A stretch of DNA of 64,000 bases, from contig NIVC01000660.1 in the NCBI GenBank assembly GCA_002269645.1, positions 186,001 to 250,000 on the forward strand. The letters are read 5' to 3'. This DNA comes from Macrostomum lignano. Lineage: Eukaryota. Shown one piece after another: positions 12,099 to 25,759 of the stretch (positions within the stretch are counted from its first letter, which is position 1; every line of letters starts with the position of its first letter). The translations under genes and the position numbers were made by a program. The notes beneath the pieces were generated by a model. That model had not been told where the DNA came from. It saw only the letters and a program-made list of their open reading frames with translations, and searched no databases.

Positions 12099-15000
12099 TT
12101 AACGCCGCTGATGCCGATTCCGACCGCTGATGACGAGCTCCGCCGCTTTGACGCAGGCGGCTTCCAGCGTCAATTTTAATCGGCGCAGACAAGCTCGACT
12201 TGGTTCGATTGACGAGTCAAACAGCTTGCTGACTGGCAGGCAGTCCAAGTCTAAGTCTAACCGTTGCATCTCGTGTTGGCATTTCACGCCTACAGTGATG
12301 ATTTCGAGCTGACTGCCGCCAAGCAGGATCTCCAGGTAGCGCAGAGTCTGCTGGCAGTGCGACACCACAGCCCGGGAGTGCTTGAAGAACTCCGGACAGG
12401 CATTGATCCAGTTGATTCGCTGGTTGAATGCTGGCAGGGATAGGCGCTCCGGTTGAGGGCGCCGGCGCTGGCGTCGTCTTGGCGCGGTTGGGGTGCCCTC
12501 CTGCTCCTGCCGGTGGGGTGAAGCTTTAAATAAACTGTCCACCTTCAATAGGGTTTAAAGAGGAATCCCACACCAAGACAGAGGAGTCCCACACACAGAC
12601 GGAAAAATCCCATACCCCCAGACGGAAGAATCCCACACCCAGACAAAAGAATCTCACACCAAGACAGAAGAATCTCATACCAAAACAAAATAATACCACA
12701 CTCGGACAGGAGAATCCCACACTCAGACAGAAGAATCCCACACCCAGACAGAAGAATCCCACACTCAGAAAAAATAATACCACACCCAGACAGAAGAATC
12801 CCACACCCAGACAGAAGAATTCCACACCCAGACAGAAGAATCCCACACCCAGACAGAAGAATCCCACACTCAGACAGAAGAATCCCACACCCAGACAGAA
12901 GAATCCCACACTCAGACAGAAGAATCCCACACCCAGACAGAAGAATCCCACACCCAGACTGACCAGCCGAGATCCGTCGGCGTCAGCGGCTGCCCCGTCG
13001 CCGGCCCGCTCCTCAGCAGCAGCATGGTCGGCATCGTCGCCGCAGGCGCAGTCGAACTCGGCCTCCCGGCTGGCAACCAAAGCCGCCGAGCCGGCCGCAT
13101 CGGCCAGCAGGCAGTCGACGCTGCCAACAAAATCGTCCAGAGCTTCGGCCACGTCGGCAAGGCCTCCGACGACGTTGTCGCCGCCGCAGCAGCCGAGCGC
13201 TACAACTCGCAGCTCCGATCGAACCAGACTCAACAGTCGGCGAAGATTGGCGCACCGCTGGCTGAGCCGCTCGCCAGCCGCCCGCCTCAGCGAGGCCAAC
13301 AGCCGGGTGCCCACGGCGTCGGTCGGGCACTGCCTGGCTGCCAGCCAGCTCAGGAAGGTGGACACCCCGCCGCTGCCGCCGGCGTAGATCAGCGGCGCCA
13401 GCTGCCGGCAGCAGATGGCGATGGAGGCGGCGGCGGCCTCTTTGGCCAGCGGCTCGACGCCCAAGCGAACGGCGTGCAGCAGGGCGACGGCCCGGTCGGC
13501 CAGGGAGCGGAGCGGCTCCCATTTCGTGGACAGGAAATCGCCGAGCGTTTGGCTGTTGCTGCTGCTGTTGTTGGAGAAGTGCTGCTGCTGGTTGAGCTGA
13601 TCGTCTGTTGCAGATTGCTCCAACTGATGCTGCTGCTGCTGTTGCTGCAGTTCGCTTTCGTTGTCTGAGATTGTTGCCCCGAATGACAGATTGAAGAATC
13701 CAGAACCGCATGCTAAGTACAACACCACAGCCGTCTAACAACCTCATGAGCACATGCAAACACTCAAACAGGGTGGTCGGTGCCCCTCTGACTGTCTAAT
13801 CGGTCAGGGATGTGCACTCACTGTGCCTTGGGGGTTGGCCCTCATGGCTGTGAATCGGACCACAAACCCCACACCCCTCCCTGGCCAATTTTCGTGCATA
13901 AAAGCCCCAAATGAATTAATTGGCTTCGCATGGAATCGAACCAGCTAGGTTGTGGTGTCAGTCACGGTGAGCTGCTTCTGACAATCCCATACTTAAAAAT
14001 CCCTCATCGTCCATGTATATGAGCTAATAAAGAATCCCACACCTATACACTTTAGAATCCCATGTCCCACACCTCAAACTTCAAAATACCATACATCACA
14101 TCCCACACCTCGAAATTCTATGCCCCATACCCCCACACATCAGAATCCCATGCCCCACACTCACACTTCAAAATACCATACCCCACACATCAGAATCCCA
14201 TACCCCACACCTCAGAACTCCATGCCCCACACCCCATACACTTCAGAATCCCATACCCCACACTCACACTTCAAAATACCATACCCCACAAATCAGAATC
14301 CCATACCCCACACCTCAGAACTCCATGCCCCACACCCCATACACTTCAGAATCCCATACCCCACACCCCACACATCAGAATCCCATACCCCACACCCCAT
14401 ACACTTCAGAATCCCATGCCCCACACCCCATACACTTCAGAATCCCATACCCCACACCTCACACTTCAGAATCCCATACCCCACACCCCATACACTTCAG
14501 AATCCCATGCCCCACACCCCATACACTTCAGAATCCCATACCCCACACCTCACACTTCAGAATCCCATACCCCACACCCCATACACTTCAGAATCCCATA
14601 CCCCACACCCCATACACTTCAGAATCTCATACCCCAAACCCCACACTTCAGAATCCCACACCCATACACTTCAGAATCCAAAACCCCACACCCCATACAC
14701 TTCAGAATCTCATACCCCAAACCCCACACTTCAGAACCCCATACCCCACACCCCATACACTTCAGAATCCCACACCCACACCCCACACTTCAGAACCCCA
14801 CACCCCACACTTCAGAATCCCACACTCACACCCCACACTTCAGAACCCCATACCCCACACATCAGAATCCCATACCCCACACCCTATACACTTCAGAATC
14901 CCACACCCACACCCCACACTTCAGAACCCCACACCCCACACTTCAGAATCCCACATCCCACACTTGAATCCCATACCCCAGCACACTGGAGCGCACCCAA

Positions 15001-18000
15001 GGCTCACCCAGCAGCACCAGCAGCGGGAACGCGTGCAGCAATCCTTGCACAGCGGCGGCCACTCGAATGCACCTCAGCGGATCCGTAGCCGTCCGACTGA
15101 CCGAAGCAATCAAAGAGTCATCCTGCTGCTGCTGCTGCTCAGCATTGTCATCCTCAGCAGCCGAGATCAACGCGGCCAATACACTGTGCAGATGGGCCAG
15201 CATCACATCGGCGGGTGTCCAAGCTAACACGGAGTTAAAGCAGGTCTCTAACAGTACGCGACTGCCTTGCAGGCCAACTAAGCACTCCTCCAGAGCTGCC
15301 GCCGGGCTGATGGGAGCCAGCATAGGGGAGAATGAGCCTATAGAGGAATTAGCCAACGAAACGTTAGCCGAAACTGCTGACAGTCCAGCTGCTGCTGTTG
15401 AACTCAATCGACGCAAATTCGCCGATGCTGTACAACCGCCGTCAACGATGGACAACTGGCGATGCCGTAATGGCGTTGATGGAGCGGCTGGATTGACAAC
15501 GGCGGCTGACACGGGTGGAGAGGTGGATATTGTGGCTGACACTTTTGGGGTTGTCTGACTGCCGGTGTCCGAGGAAGCCGCCTGCAAGGTTATTTTGTAC
15601 TTTCTTTAATTAGTATGGTAGATGTGAGATTCTCATGGTGGTAGATGTGAGATTCTCGGGATGGTAGATGTGAGATTCTCATGGTGGTAGATGTGAGATT
15701 CTCAGGATGGTAGATGTGAGATTCTCATTGTGGTAGATGTGAGATTCTCGGGGTGTTATGTGAGATTCTCATGATGGTAGATGTGAGATTCTCGGGGTGT
15801 TAGATGTGAGATTCTCGGGGTGTTAGATGTGAGATTCTCATGGTGGTAGATGTAAGATTCTCGGGATGGTAGATGTGAGATTCTCATGGTGGTAGATGTG
15901 AGATTCTCATGGTGGTAGATGTGAGATTCTCGGAATGGTAGATGTGAGATTCACGGGATGGCAGATGTGAGATTCTCGGGATGGTAGATAGAAGTGAGAC
16001 ACATGAGTATCTAGACAGGCAGCTTGGCAGACTGACAACCCCAGCAAAATCTCACCGGGCAGTTCTCCTTAACAGCCTCCGCCTGCAGTCGCGCCAGCTT
16101 CCAGTTCTCCAACTCCTCCGCCTGCAGTTTGCAGGCCTGCAGCTGGTCGCGCAGATCAGAAATCTCCAGCGCCTGGCGCGCATTGTCCTGCGCCAGGGCG
16201 ACGGCCGCCTCCGACTGTTCGCTGCCGCTGCTGCTGGCCAGCTGCTTCTGACGGAGCCGCTCCAGTTCTGCTTGCAGAGCTGCGGCGAATAATTTTGGAT
16301 TCGGATAATATTTTTATTTGATTAAAAAAGACACCGGTTTGAAGAATCCCACACCGAGACACATGAAGAATCCCACACCGAGACACACGAAGAATCCCAC
16401 CCGGAGACACATGAAGAATCCCACACTGAGACACATGAAGAATCCCACACTAAGACACATGAAGAATCCCACACTGAGACACAGAAAGAATCCCACACTA
16501 AGACACATGAAGAATCCCACACTGAGACACAAGAAGAATCCCACACTGAGACACAGGAAGAATCCCACACTGAGACACAGGAAGAATCCCACACCGAGAC
16601 ACAGGAAGAATCCCACACCGAGACACAGGAACAATTCCACACCGAATCACATGAAGAATCCCACATAGAGACACAGAAAGAATCCCGAACCGAGACACAT
16701 GAAGAATCTCACACCAGGAAGAATACCACACTGCGACACAAGAATCCCACACTGAAACACATAAAGAATCCCACACTGAGACACAGGAAGAATCCCACAC
16801 TAAGACACATGAAGAATCCCACACCGTGACACAGGAACAATTCCACACCGAATCACATGAAGAATCCCACATAGAGACACAGAAAGAATCCCGAACCGAG
16901 ACACATGAAGAATCTCACACCAGGAAGAATACCACACTGCGACACAAGAATCCCACACTGAGACACATAAAGAATCCCACACTGAGACACATGAAGAATC
17001 CCCACACTGAGACACAGGGAGAATCCCACACCGTGACACAGGAAGAATCCCACACCGTGACACAGGAAGGATCCCACACTGAGACACAAGAATCCCACAC
17101 CGAATCCCACACAGAAAGAATCCCACACTGAGACACATAAAGAATCCCACACTGAGACACATGAAGAATCCCACACCGAGACACAGGAAGAATCCCACAC
17201 CGAGACACAGGAAGAATCCCACAACGAGACACATGACGAATCCCACACTGAGACACAGAAAGAATCTCACACCGTGACACAGGAAGAATCCCACAACGAG
17301 ACACAGGAAGAATCCCACACTGAGACACAGAAAGAATCTCACACCGTGACACAGGAAGAATCCCACAACGAGACACAGGAAGAATCCCACACTGAGACAC
17401 AGAAAGAATCTCACACCGTGACACAGGAAGAATCCCACACTGAGACACAGAAAGAATCTCACACCGTGACACAGGAAGAATCCCACAACGAGACACAGGA
17501 AGAATCCCACACTGAGACACAGGAAGAATCGCACACTGAGACACAGGAAGAATCCCACAACGAGACACAGGAAGAATCCCATACTGAGACACAGGAAGAA
17601 TCCCATAGCCTCTGCAAAGCAAACGCAGACTGGCGAGCAAACTCACTCCGAATCATGCAGGCCGATTTGTCCTCGTTAACCCGCACCAGATTAACAATGG
17701 AGCGAGCCTTGGTAGCATAGCGCAGGGTACTCAATGTCTCATCGATATGCTGCGGAGCTGGCGACACAGTTGCAATCATCACAGTCTGACTGTTGCCACC
17801 TAAACTGTCCCTTAGCAACCAGGTAAGCATAGACTCTCGATAAGGTATATGCTGATTATTAGACTTCTTAGCGGACGAATTCACACCAGCCTCGTTAGCT
17901 ACGCGTTCGCTGAGCAGACTGATCACTTTGCCGAGGGTCAACAGGCTTCTGTTAATATTGGATCCTTCGCGAAGCCGGTCCCCGGTGGTGCCAGCAACGC

Positions 18001-21000
18001 TTTGCCTCTCGCTGCCAGCCAAGTCTACAATATTAACCCTACTGGATATGCACAGCTGCACAGAGGAGGCTGAGCTGCTAGTGTTCGTTGCTGTCTGTTG
18101 CTGTTGTTGCTTATTCTCATCATCCACTATGCGCAACTTTTTCAAGCCGAGAGTGCAAACGGTGTGAGAGCGCGAGCTGACCTGATTCACATCTGTGCTA
18201 GCCGTGGCCCGCTGCTTGTTGCCAAGAGCTAGCCAAGTCATGACGTCAGCGTAGGTTCTTACATTCGAATAAACCGACAGGCCTTCGACGAACGGGCCTT
18301 TAGTAGGGTGCTCGCGTACCTTTAGGGACACCTTGCGCAGACTTTTATCGTGACTGGCCGCTAGGAGGTCGTGGATTCGTTCGTTGTAGATCTCGTAGTA
18401 GGATATGTCCACCTGGGCGGGCGGGACAGGGGCGGATAGCGGTGGCTACAGTAGGACAACGCGCGGATAGCAACAGAAGCAATTGTAGGACAGGGGGCGG
18501 ATTGCGGTGGCTACTGGAGGAGACAGGGGCGGATAGAAACAGAAGCTACTGTAGGGACAGGGGGCGGATAGCAACAGAAGCTACTGTAGGACAGGGGCGG
18601 ATAACAAGAGGCTACAGTAGAACAGGGGGCGGATAGCAACAGAAGCTACTGTAGGACAGGGGGCGGATAGCAACAGAAGCTACTGTAGGACAGGGGGCGG
18701 ATAGCAACAGAAGCTACTGTAGGACAGGAGGCGAATAGCAACAGAAGCTACTGTAGGACAGGGGGCGGATAGCAACAGAAGCTACTGTAGGACAGGGGCG
18801 GATAGCAACAGAAGCTACTGTAGGGACAGGGGGCGGATAGCAACAGAAGCTACTGTAGGACAGGGGCGGATAGCAACAGAAGCTACTGTAGGACAGGGGC
18901 GGATAGCAACAGAAGCTACTGTAGGACAGGGGGCGGATAGCAACAGAAGCTACTGTAGGACAGGGGGCGGATAGCAACAGAAGCTACTGTAGGAAAGTGG
19001 GCGGATAGCAACAGAAGCTACTGTAGGACAGGGGGCGGATAGCAACAGAAGCTACTGTAGGAAAGTGGGCGGATAGCAACAGAAGCTACTGTAGGACAGG
19101 GGGCGGATAGCAACAGAAGCTACTGTAGGACAGGAGCGAATAGCAACAGAAGCTACTATAGGACAGGAGCGGATAGCGGCGGCTACTGGGGGACAGGGGC
19201 GGATGGCGGTGGCTACTGCAGGACGGGGGCGGATAGCAACAGAAGCTACTGTAGGACAGGGGGCGGATAGCAACAGAAGCTACTGTAGTACAGGGGGCGG
19301 ATAGCAACAGAAGCTACTGTAGGACAGGGGGCGGATAGCAACAGAAGCTACTGTAGGAAAGTGGGCGGATAGCAACAGAAGCTACTGTAGGACAGGGGGC
19401 GGATAGCAACAGAAGCTACTGTAGGAAAGTGGGCGGATAGCAACAGAAGCTACTGTAGGACAGGGGGCGGATAGCAACAGAAGCTACTGTAGGAAAGTGG
19501 GCGGATAGCAACAGAAGCTACTGTAGGACAGGGGCGGATAGCAACAGAAGCTACTGTAGGACAGGGGGCGGATAGCAACAGAAGCTACTGTAGTACAGGG
19601 GGCGGATAGCAACAGAAGCTACTGTAGGACAGGGGGCGGATAGCAACAGAAGCTACTGTAGGAAAGTGGGCGGATAGCAACAGAAGCTACTGTAGGACAG
19701 GGGGCGGATAGCAACAGAAGCTACTGTAGTACAGGGGGCGGATAGCAACAGAAGCTACTGTAGGACAGGGGGTGGATAGCAACAGAAGCTACTGTAGGAA
19801 AGTCGGCGGATAGCAACAGAAGCTACTGTAGGAAAGTGGGCGGATAGCAACAGAAGCTACTGTAGGAAAGTGGGCGGATAGCAACAGAAGCTACTGTAGG
19901 ACAGGGGGCGGATAGCAACAGAAGCTACTGTAGGACAGGGGGCGGATAGCAACAGAAGCTACTGTAGTACAGGGGGCGGATAGCAACAGAAGCTACTGTA
20001 GGACAGGGGGTGGATAGCAACAGAAGCTACTGTAGGAAAGTCGGCGGATAGCAACAGAAGCTACTGTAGGAAAGTGGGCGGATAGCAACAGAAGCTACTG
20101 TAGGACAGGGGGCGGATAGCAACAGAAGCTACTGTAGGACAGGGGGCGGATAGCAACAGAAGCTACTGTAGGACAGGGGGCGGATAGCAACAGAAGCTAC
20201 TGTAGGACAGGGGCGGATAGCAACAGAAGCTACTACTATAGGACAGGGGGCGGATAGCAACAGAAGCTACTGTAGGACAGGGGGCGGATAGCAACAGAAG
20301 CTACTGTAGGACAGGGGGCGGATAGCAACAGAAGCTACTGTAGGAAAGTGGGCGGATAGCAACAGAAGCGGACAGGGACAGGGGCAGGGGCGGATGGCGG
20401 TGGCTACTGCAGGACGGGGGCGGATAGCAACAGAAGCTACTGTAGGACAGGGGGCGGATAGCAACAGAAGCTACTGTAGTACAGGGGGCGGATAGCAACA
20501 GAAGCTACTGTAGGACAGGGGGCGGATAGCAACAGAAGCTACTGTAGGAAAGTGGGCGGATAGCAACAGAAGCTACTGTAGGACAGGGGGCGGATAGCAA
20601 CAGAAGCTACTGTAGGAAAGTGGGCGGATAGCAACAGAAGCTACTGTAGGACAGGGGGCGGATAGCAACAGAAGCTACTGTAGGAAAGTGGGCGGATAGC
20701 AACAGAAGCTACTGTAGGACAGGGGCGGATAGCAACAGAAGCTACTGTAGGACAGGGGGCGGATAGCAACAGAAGCTACTGTAGTACAGGGGGCGGATAG
20801 CAACAGAAGCTACTGTAGGAAAGTGGGCGGATAGCAACAGACGCTACTGTAGGACAGGGGGCGGATAGCAACAGAAGCTACTGTAGGACAGGGGGCGGAT
20901 AGCAACAGAAGCTACTGTAGTACAGGGGCGGATAGCAACAGAAGCTACTGTAGGACAGGGGGCGGATAGCAACAGAAGCTACTGTAGGAAAGTGGGCGGA

Positions 21001-24000
21001 TAGCAACAGAAGCTACTGTAGGACAGGGGGCGGATAGCAACAGAAGCTACTGTAGGACAGGGGGCGGATAGCAACAGAAGCTACTGTAGGAAAGTGGGCG
21101 GATAGCAACAGAAGCTACTGTAGGACAGGGGGCGGATAGCAACAGAAGCTACTGTAGGAAAGTGGGCGGATAGCAACAGAAGCTACTGTAGGACAGGGGC
21201 GGATAGCAACAGAAGCTACTGTAGGACAGGAGCGAATAGCAACAGAAGCTACTATAGGACAGGAGCGGATAGCGGCGGCTACTGGGGGACAGGGGCGGAT
21301 AGCGGTGGCTACTGCAGGACGGGAGCGGATAGCAACAGAAGCTACTGTAGGACAGGGGGCGGATAGCAACAGAAGCTACTGTAGTACAGGGGGCGGATAG
21401 CAACAGAAGCTACTGTAGGACAGGGGCGGATAGCAACAGAAGCTACTGTAGGACAGGGGGCGGATAGCAACAGAAGCTACTGTAGGAAAGTGGGCGGATA
21501 GCAACAGAAGCTACTGTAGGAAAGTGGGCGGATAGCAACAGAAGCTACTGTAGGACAGGGGGCGGATAGCAACAGAAGCTACTGTAGGACAGGAGCGAAT
21601 AGCAACAGAAGCTACTATAGGACAGGAGCGGATAGCGGCGGCTACTGGGGGACAGGGGCGGATAGCGGTGGCTACTGCAGGACGGGAGCGGATAGCAACA
21701 GAAGCTACTGTAGGACAGGGGGCGGATAGCAACAGAAGCTACTGTAGTACAGGGGGCGGATAGCAACAGAAGCTACTGTAGGACAGGGGCGGATAGCAAC
21801 AGAAGCTACTGTAGGACAGGGGGCGGATAGCAACAGAAGCTACTGTAGGAAAGTGGGCGGATAGCAACAGAAGCTACTGTAGGACAGGGGGCGGATAGCA
21901 ACAGAAGCTACTGTAGGAAAGTGGGCGGATAGCAACAGAAGCTACTGTAGGACAGGGGGCGGATAGCAACAGAAGCTAGTGTAGGACAGGAGCGAATAGC
22001 AACAGAAGCTACTATAGGACAGGAGCGGATAGCGGCGGCTACTGGGGGACAGGGGCGGATAGCGGTGGCTACTGCAGGACGGGAGCGGATAGCAACAGAA
22101 GCTACTGTAGGACAGGGGGCGGATAGCAACAGAAGCTACTGTAGTACAGGGGGCGGATAGCAACAGAAGCTACTGTAGGACAGGGGCGGATAGCAACAGA
22201 AGCTACTGTAGGACAGGGGCGGATAGCAACAGAAGCTACTGTAGGACAGGGGCGGATAGCAACAGAAGCTACTGTAGGACAGGGGCGGATAGCAACAGAA
22301 GCTACTGTAGGACAGGGGGCGGATAGCAACAGAAGCTACTGTAGGAAAGTGGGCGGATAGCAACAGAAGCTACTGTAGGACAGAGGGCGGATAGCAACAG
22401 AAGCTACTGTAGGACAGGGGGCGGATAGCAACAGAAGCTACTGTAGGAAAGTGGGCGGATAGCAACAGAAGCTACTGTAGTACAGGGGGCGGATAGCAAC
22501 AGAAGCTACTGTAGGACAGGGGGCGGATAGCAACAGAAGCTACTGTAGTACAGGGGGCGGATAGCAACAGAAGCTACTGTAGGAAAGTGGGCGGATAGCA
22601 ACAGAAGCTACTGTAGGACAGGGGGCGGATAGCAACAGAAGCTACTGTAGGACAGGGGGCGGATAGCAACAGAAGCTACTGTAGTACAGGGGGCGGATAG
22701 CAACAGAAGCTACTGTAGGACAGGGGGTGGATAGCAACAGAAGCTACTGTAGGACAGGGGGCGGATAGCAACAGAAGCTACTGTAGGAAAGTGGGCGGAT
22801 AGCAACAGAAGCTACTGTAGGACAGGGGGCGGATAGCAACAGAAGCTACTGTAGGAAAGTGGGCGGATAGCAACAGAAGCTACTGTAGTACAGGGGGCGG
22901 ATAGCAACAGAAGCTACTGTAGGACAGGGGGCGGATAGCAACAGAAGCTACTGTAGTACAGGGGGCGGATAGCAACAGAAGCTACTGTAGGACAGGGGGT
23001 GGATAGCAACAGAAGCTACTGTAGGACAGGGGGCGGATAGCAACAGAAGCTACTGTAGTACAGGGGGCGGATAGCAACAGAAGCTACTGTAGGACAGGGG
23101 GCGGATAGCAACAGAAGCTACTGTAGGAAAGTGGGCGGATAGCAACAGAAGCTACTGTAAGACAGGGGAGGCTACTAAAAGACAAATCCTGTGCCACAAT
23201 GGACAGGTCCCCTCTCACCTGCAGCTGCTCGCACTGATCCTCAATAATCTCCTTGCCCTGGAACAGGTCCTGCAGAAACCTGGGCAGCAGGCCTCTGTCA
23301 TCGCCACCAGGCGCTCCCATGACAGTATGCGTCTTGCCAGACGACGTCATGCCGTAGGCAAACAGGCAGCAGTTATATCCCGCCAAGCACTTGTCCAGCA
23401 GTGGCAGGCCGACTTTCTCGTAGACGCAGTTCTGATCTGCGTAGGTCTCCGACTTGGGGTTGGTTGAATCCAGGCAGTGATCGAAGCAAAATGAAAGAAT
23501 ATTCGCGGTCGACGGCTGATGCACTAGCAGAGTCTTGGGGTTATCCGAGGACACGCTCACCGCCGTTGAATTACTGCCAGCCATTGCTGACGCCAAAGTC
23601 TGCAGTTCGCGTTCAACTAGCGGGCGAATCCGAACGGCGACTTTTACACCGGCCGCCGAGGGAGACAGCTCGGAGGAAACGGCAGCTGCTGCTGCTGACG
23701 TGCCCGACGGACTTGGAGTATCGTCAGGCCGACTGTCCAGATGAGGGAACAGCGACCTGATCGAGCCGTCGCGCCTGCGCTGCTGAATAACCTGTCGACG
23801 ATCATCCTCCTCGTCCTGACAGCAGTCGGCGCCGCGCAGATCGGCGAGTACGTCGGGCGTGGAACTGAAACGACGCGACGATGCAACAGTCAGAAGGTCG
23901 GATGACGGACTGACGACGGAGAGATTGTTCCAGCGACGATGGCCTTCGTAGCTGTCGGAAGGAGGATCGGCGCAGTTGTGGACGGCGTAGGCAGCGTCAT

Positions 24001-24061
24001 CGACATTTGTCGACAGCGTCGGCGTCGCAGAGAAGCGACGCTTGGAATCCTGCGGGGTCAA
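12099..24061 (-). CDS. KIF14: Kinesin-3 family motor, KIF14-like (5' end incomplete; at least 1183 aa)
   Basis: Exons 24061-23219, 18412-17647, 16279-16056, 15581-15008, 13664-12964, 12542-12099, all GT-AG with consistent phases. Motifs: VKVAVRIRP, P-loop FAYGMTSSGKT, ISYYEIYNERIHDLL, LKVREHP, WLALGNKQRATA (KIF14-like), SSRSH, DLAGSER, HIPYRES.LTWLLRDSLGGNS, ETLSTLRYA..AR.IVN..RVNED. Confidence 0.88.
12560..12960. repeat. Intronic minisatellite, 21-bp unit (cagacagaagaatcccacacc), last kinesin intron
   Basis: About 19 units abutting the donor at 12963. Confidence 0.95.
13745..13985 (-). mobile_element. Diverged tRNA-derived SINE copy
   Basis: Canonical B box GGTTCGATTCC on the minus strand (13932-13942). 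The core 'cactgtgccttgggggttggccctca' matches 55670-55700. Confidence 0.6.
14030..14975. repeat. Degenerate intronic minisatellite (ccccatacacttcagaatcccata...), kinesin intron
   Basis: Tandem C/A-rich units; explains ORFs 14062..14967, 14120..15088 and 14325..15227. Confidence 0.92.
15617..15990. repeat. Intronic minisatellite, 23-bp unit (atggtggtagatgtgagattctc), kinesin intron
   Basis: About 16 units. Confidence 0.93.
16340..17590. repeat. Intronic minisatellite, about 24-bp unit (gaagaatcccacactgagacacag), kinesin intron
   Basis: About 52 units, including an internal block duplication (about 16620-16810 repeated at about 16830-17000). Confidence 0.95.
18420..23160. repeat. Large intronic minisatellite, 33-34-bp unit (gtaggacagggggcggatagcaacagaagctact), splitting the kinesin motor domain
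   Basis: About 4.7 kb (roughly 140 units) with recurring variant cassettes; fills the intron 23218-18413. Confidence 0.97.
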
Positions 24062-24171
24062 CTGAGGGATTGGGGATGGGGACAGTGCTATTTCAGTTCA
24101 AATGTACTTTAGCTGTTGCCTAATTTACGAGCTATTTAGAGCTTAGCTAGGGGACTAGGGGTACTGAAGTC

Positions 24172-24990
24172 TCAATCTATGGTGTGGAAGTCTCTCAGTC
24201 TGATCTATGGTGTGGAAGTCTCACAATCTGATCTATGGTGTGGAAGTCTCTCAAACTGATCTATGGTGTGGAAGTCTCACAATCTGATCTATCGTGTGGA
24301 AGTCTCTCAAACTGATCTATGGTGTGGAAGTCTCTCAATCTGATCTATGGTGTGGAAGTCTCTCAGTCTGATCTATGGTGTGGAAGTCTCACAATCTGAT
24401 CTATGGTGTGGAAGTCTCTCAAACTGATCTATGGTGTGGAAGTCTCACAATCTGATCTATGGTGTGGAAGTCTCTCAAACTGATCTATGGTGTGGAAGTC
24501 TCTCAAACTGATCTATGGTGTGGAAGTCTCTCAAACTGATCTATGGTGTGGAAGTCTCTCAAACTGATTTATGGTGTGGAAGTCTCTCAAACTGATCTAT
24601 GGTGTGGAAGTCTCTCAAACTGATTTATGGTGTGGAAGTCTCTCAAACTGATCTATGGTGTGGAAGTCGCTCAAACTGATCTATTGTGTGGAAGTCTCTC
24701 AAACTGATCTATGGTGTGGAAGTCTCTCAAACTGATCTATGGTGTGGAAGTCTCACAATCTGATCTATGGTGTGGAAGTCTCTCAAACTGATCTATTGTG
24801 TGGAAGGCTCTCAATCTGATCTATGGTGTGGAAGTCTCTCAAACTGATCTATTGTGTGGAAGTCTCTTAAACTGATCTATTGTGTGGAAGTCTCACAATC
24901 TGATCTATGGTGTGGAAGTCTCTCAATCTGATCTATGGTGTGGAAGTCTCTCAAACTGATCGATGGTGTGGAAGTCTCACAAACTCATCG
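24172..24990. repeat. Minisatellite, 28-bp unit (ctgatctatggtgtggaagtctctcaaa)
   Basis: About 29 units, upstream of the kinesin exon acceptor at 24062. Confidence 0.95.
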
Positions 24991-25682
24991 ATGGTGCAAA
25001 GGTCTCACAATCTCATCAATATCAAGTCGTTGAAAGTATCAATCTCAACCATACTTAGGGCGCGGAAGTCTCTTAATACTATACAAATATAGTGAGATAA
25101 GAGTAAAACAAAAGTGACGACCGTTTTCTAGTTTTGTAAAAAGAATCATGTTAGACTGAAAAAATCGATTTATTGTACAATCTTATTATCCAGTAAGCTC
25201 AAACTTAGGAAAAATGCAAATAAAAAAATATATTAGCTAGTTTAAAATAAATAGAAAAAATAGAAAAAACTGAAAACTCAAAAACAAAACTAGACTATAT
25301 TGAAGATTCCAAAACTTTTTTGAACTAAAAATGCATTATTAATAGCTAAATTTGAAGACGCAATCTTCCAAATGAAAACGGAATTGAAGTGAGAAAGATG
25401 TATAATCAAACTCATGGATTAATGTTTTCGTAGCGAAGCTCATAATAACTCGATTAGGAGCTATAGTTGAAAAAACTGTCTTAAACAAAAATCAATGGAA
25501 TTTGCTATTTGAAATTTCTTTTTTTATTCTGTAAAATACACACATGCGTTCGTAATTTTGTTTTTTTATGAAGATGTCTATATTAGATGACGGGATGATT
25601 GACAAATAAAAACGAATATGGTCAGTTCTTATCATCTAACTTTAAGAAATTTCTTATTAATTGATTGTCTCACGGAACTCAC

Positions 25683-25724
25683 AGCGCTCTTGAGCACTAA
25701 AGACACTTGTCCACTCAAGGTCAT
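25683..25724 (-). CDS. Candidate first coding exon of the kinesin (MTLSGQVSLVLKSA)
   Basis: ATG at 25724 gives 14 codons ending at a consensus gtgagt donor, in phase 0 with the acceptor at 24061. No homology support. Confidence 0.3.
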
Positions 25725-25759
25725 AGCCCTTCCAACGTACTAAATATGGAGTCACTTGC

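Noticed and set aside
14062-17720. P/H/T-rich and 'SHTETQEE' ORFs that look like mucins or antigens
   Set aside because: They lie on intronic minisatellites antisense to the kinesin and are open in several frames at once.
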